64,000 nt of DNA from Hyphochytrium catenoides (lineage: Eukaryota; Protista; Hyphochytriomycota). The position numbers and the translations under genes are program-made. Numbering within the stretch: the first letter of the stretch is position 1; each line of letters starts with the position of its first letter. Shown piece after piece: positions 63,963 to 64,000 of this stretch. A model generated the notes under the pieces. That model saw only the letters and a list, made by a program, of their open reading frames with translations, did no database searches and was not told the DNA's origin. The stretch spans positions 54,402 through 118,401 of the forward strand of contig FLMG01004002.1 in NCBI GenBank assembly GCA_900088475.1. Direction: 5' to 3'.

Positions 63963-64000
63963 CTTGTAAAGTAGGTACCGTATAGCAGCGGAGGGAATAT

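Noticed and set aside
1-64000. tRNA, rRNA, CRISPR arrays, autonomous transposase/RT genes, a non-standard genetic code, repeated Introner-like introns
   Set aside because: None was recognised by eye. Conserved exons translate cleanly with the standard code and the introns examined do not share sequence; tRNAscan-SE, Infernal and a self-BLAST would be needed to exclude these formally.

Overview
This window is a gene-dense, intron-rich eukaryotic nuclear segment with short, almost all GT-AG introns and one 44-N gap at 11710-11753. It probably comes from a flagellated protist: it carries an axonemal dynein and a TTAGGG-type repeat, but the organism cannot be identified from the sequence. Because of the introns the ORF track is fragmentary, so I rebuilt gene models by hand; outer coordinates are approximate where stated. 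In order: the 5' part of DNAH1-type inner-arm dynein heavy chain (-), MYBBP1A/Pol5 (+), COG8 (-), a large ARM-repeat protein (+), a large TBCC-domain/EF-hand protein (+), ceramide synthase (-), MIS12 (+, missed by the ORF track), two intronless paralogous ~11-TM membrane proteins (-), a truncated DPH3 fragment followed by a ~180-bp inverted-repeat element containing (CCCTAA)5 and a 3' hairpin (HINE/Helitron2-like), RPB11 (+), MYCBP (-), a C2/EF-hand phosphatidylserine decarboxylase (+), a DEP-[rhodanese-DSP]x2-FYVE-like phosphatase (-), a PLAC8 protein (+) and an orphan ORF (-). The strongest leads are the tandem pseudo/active STYXL1-like phosphatase, the telomere-repeat element next to a broken DPH3, the intronless membrane-protein pair, and the predicted GAP-dead TBCC protein.
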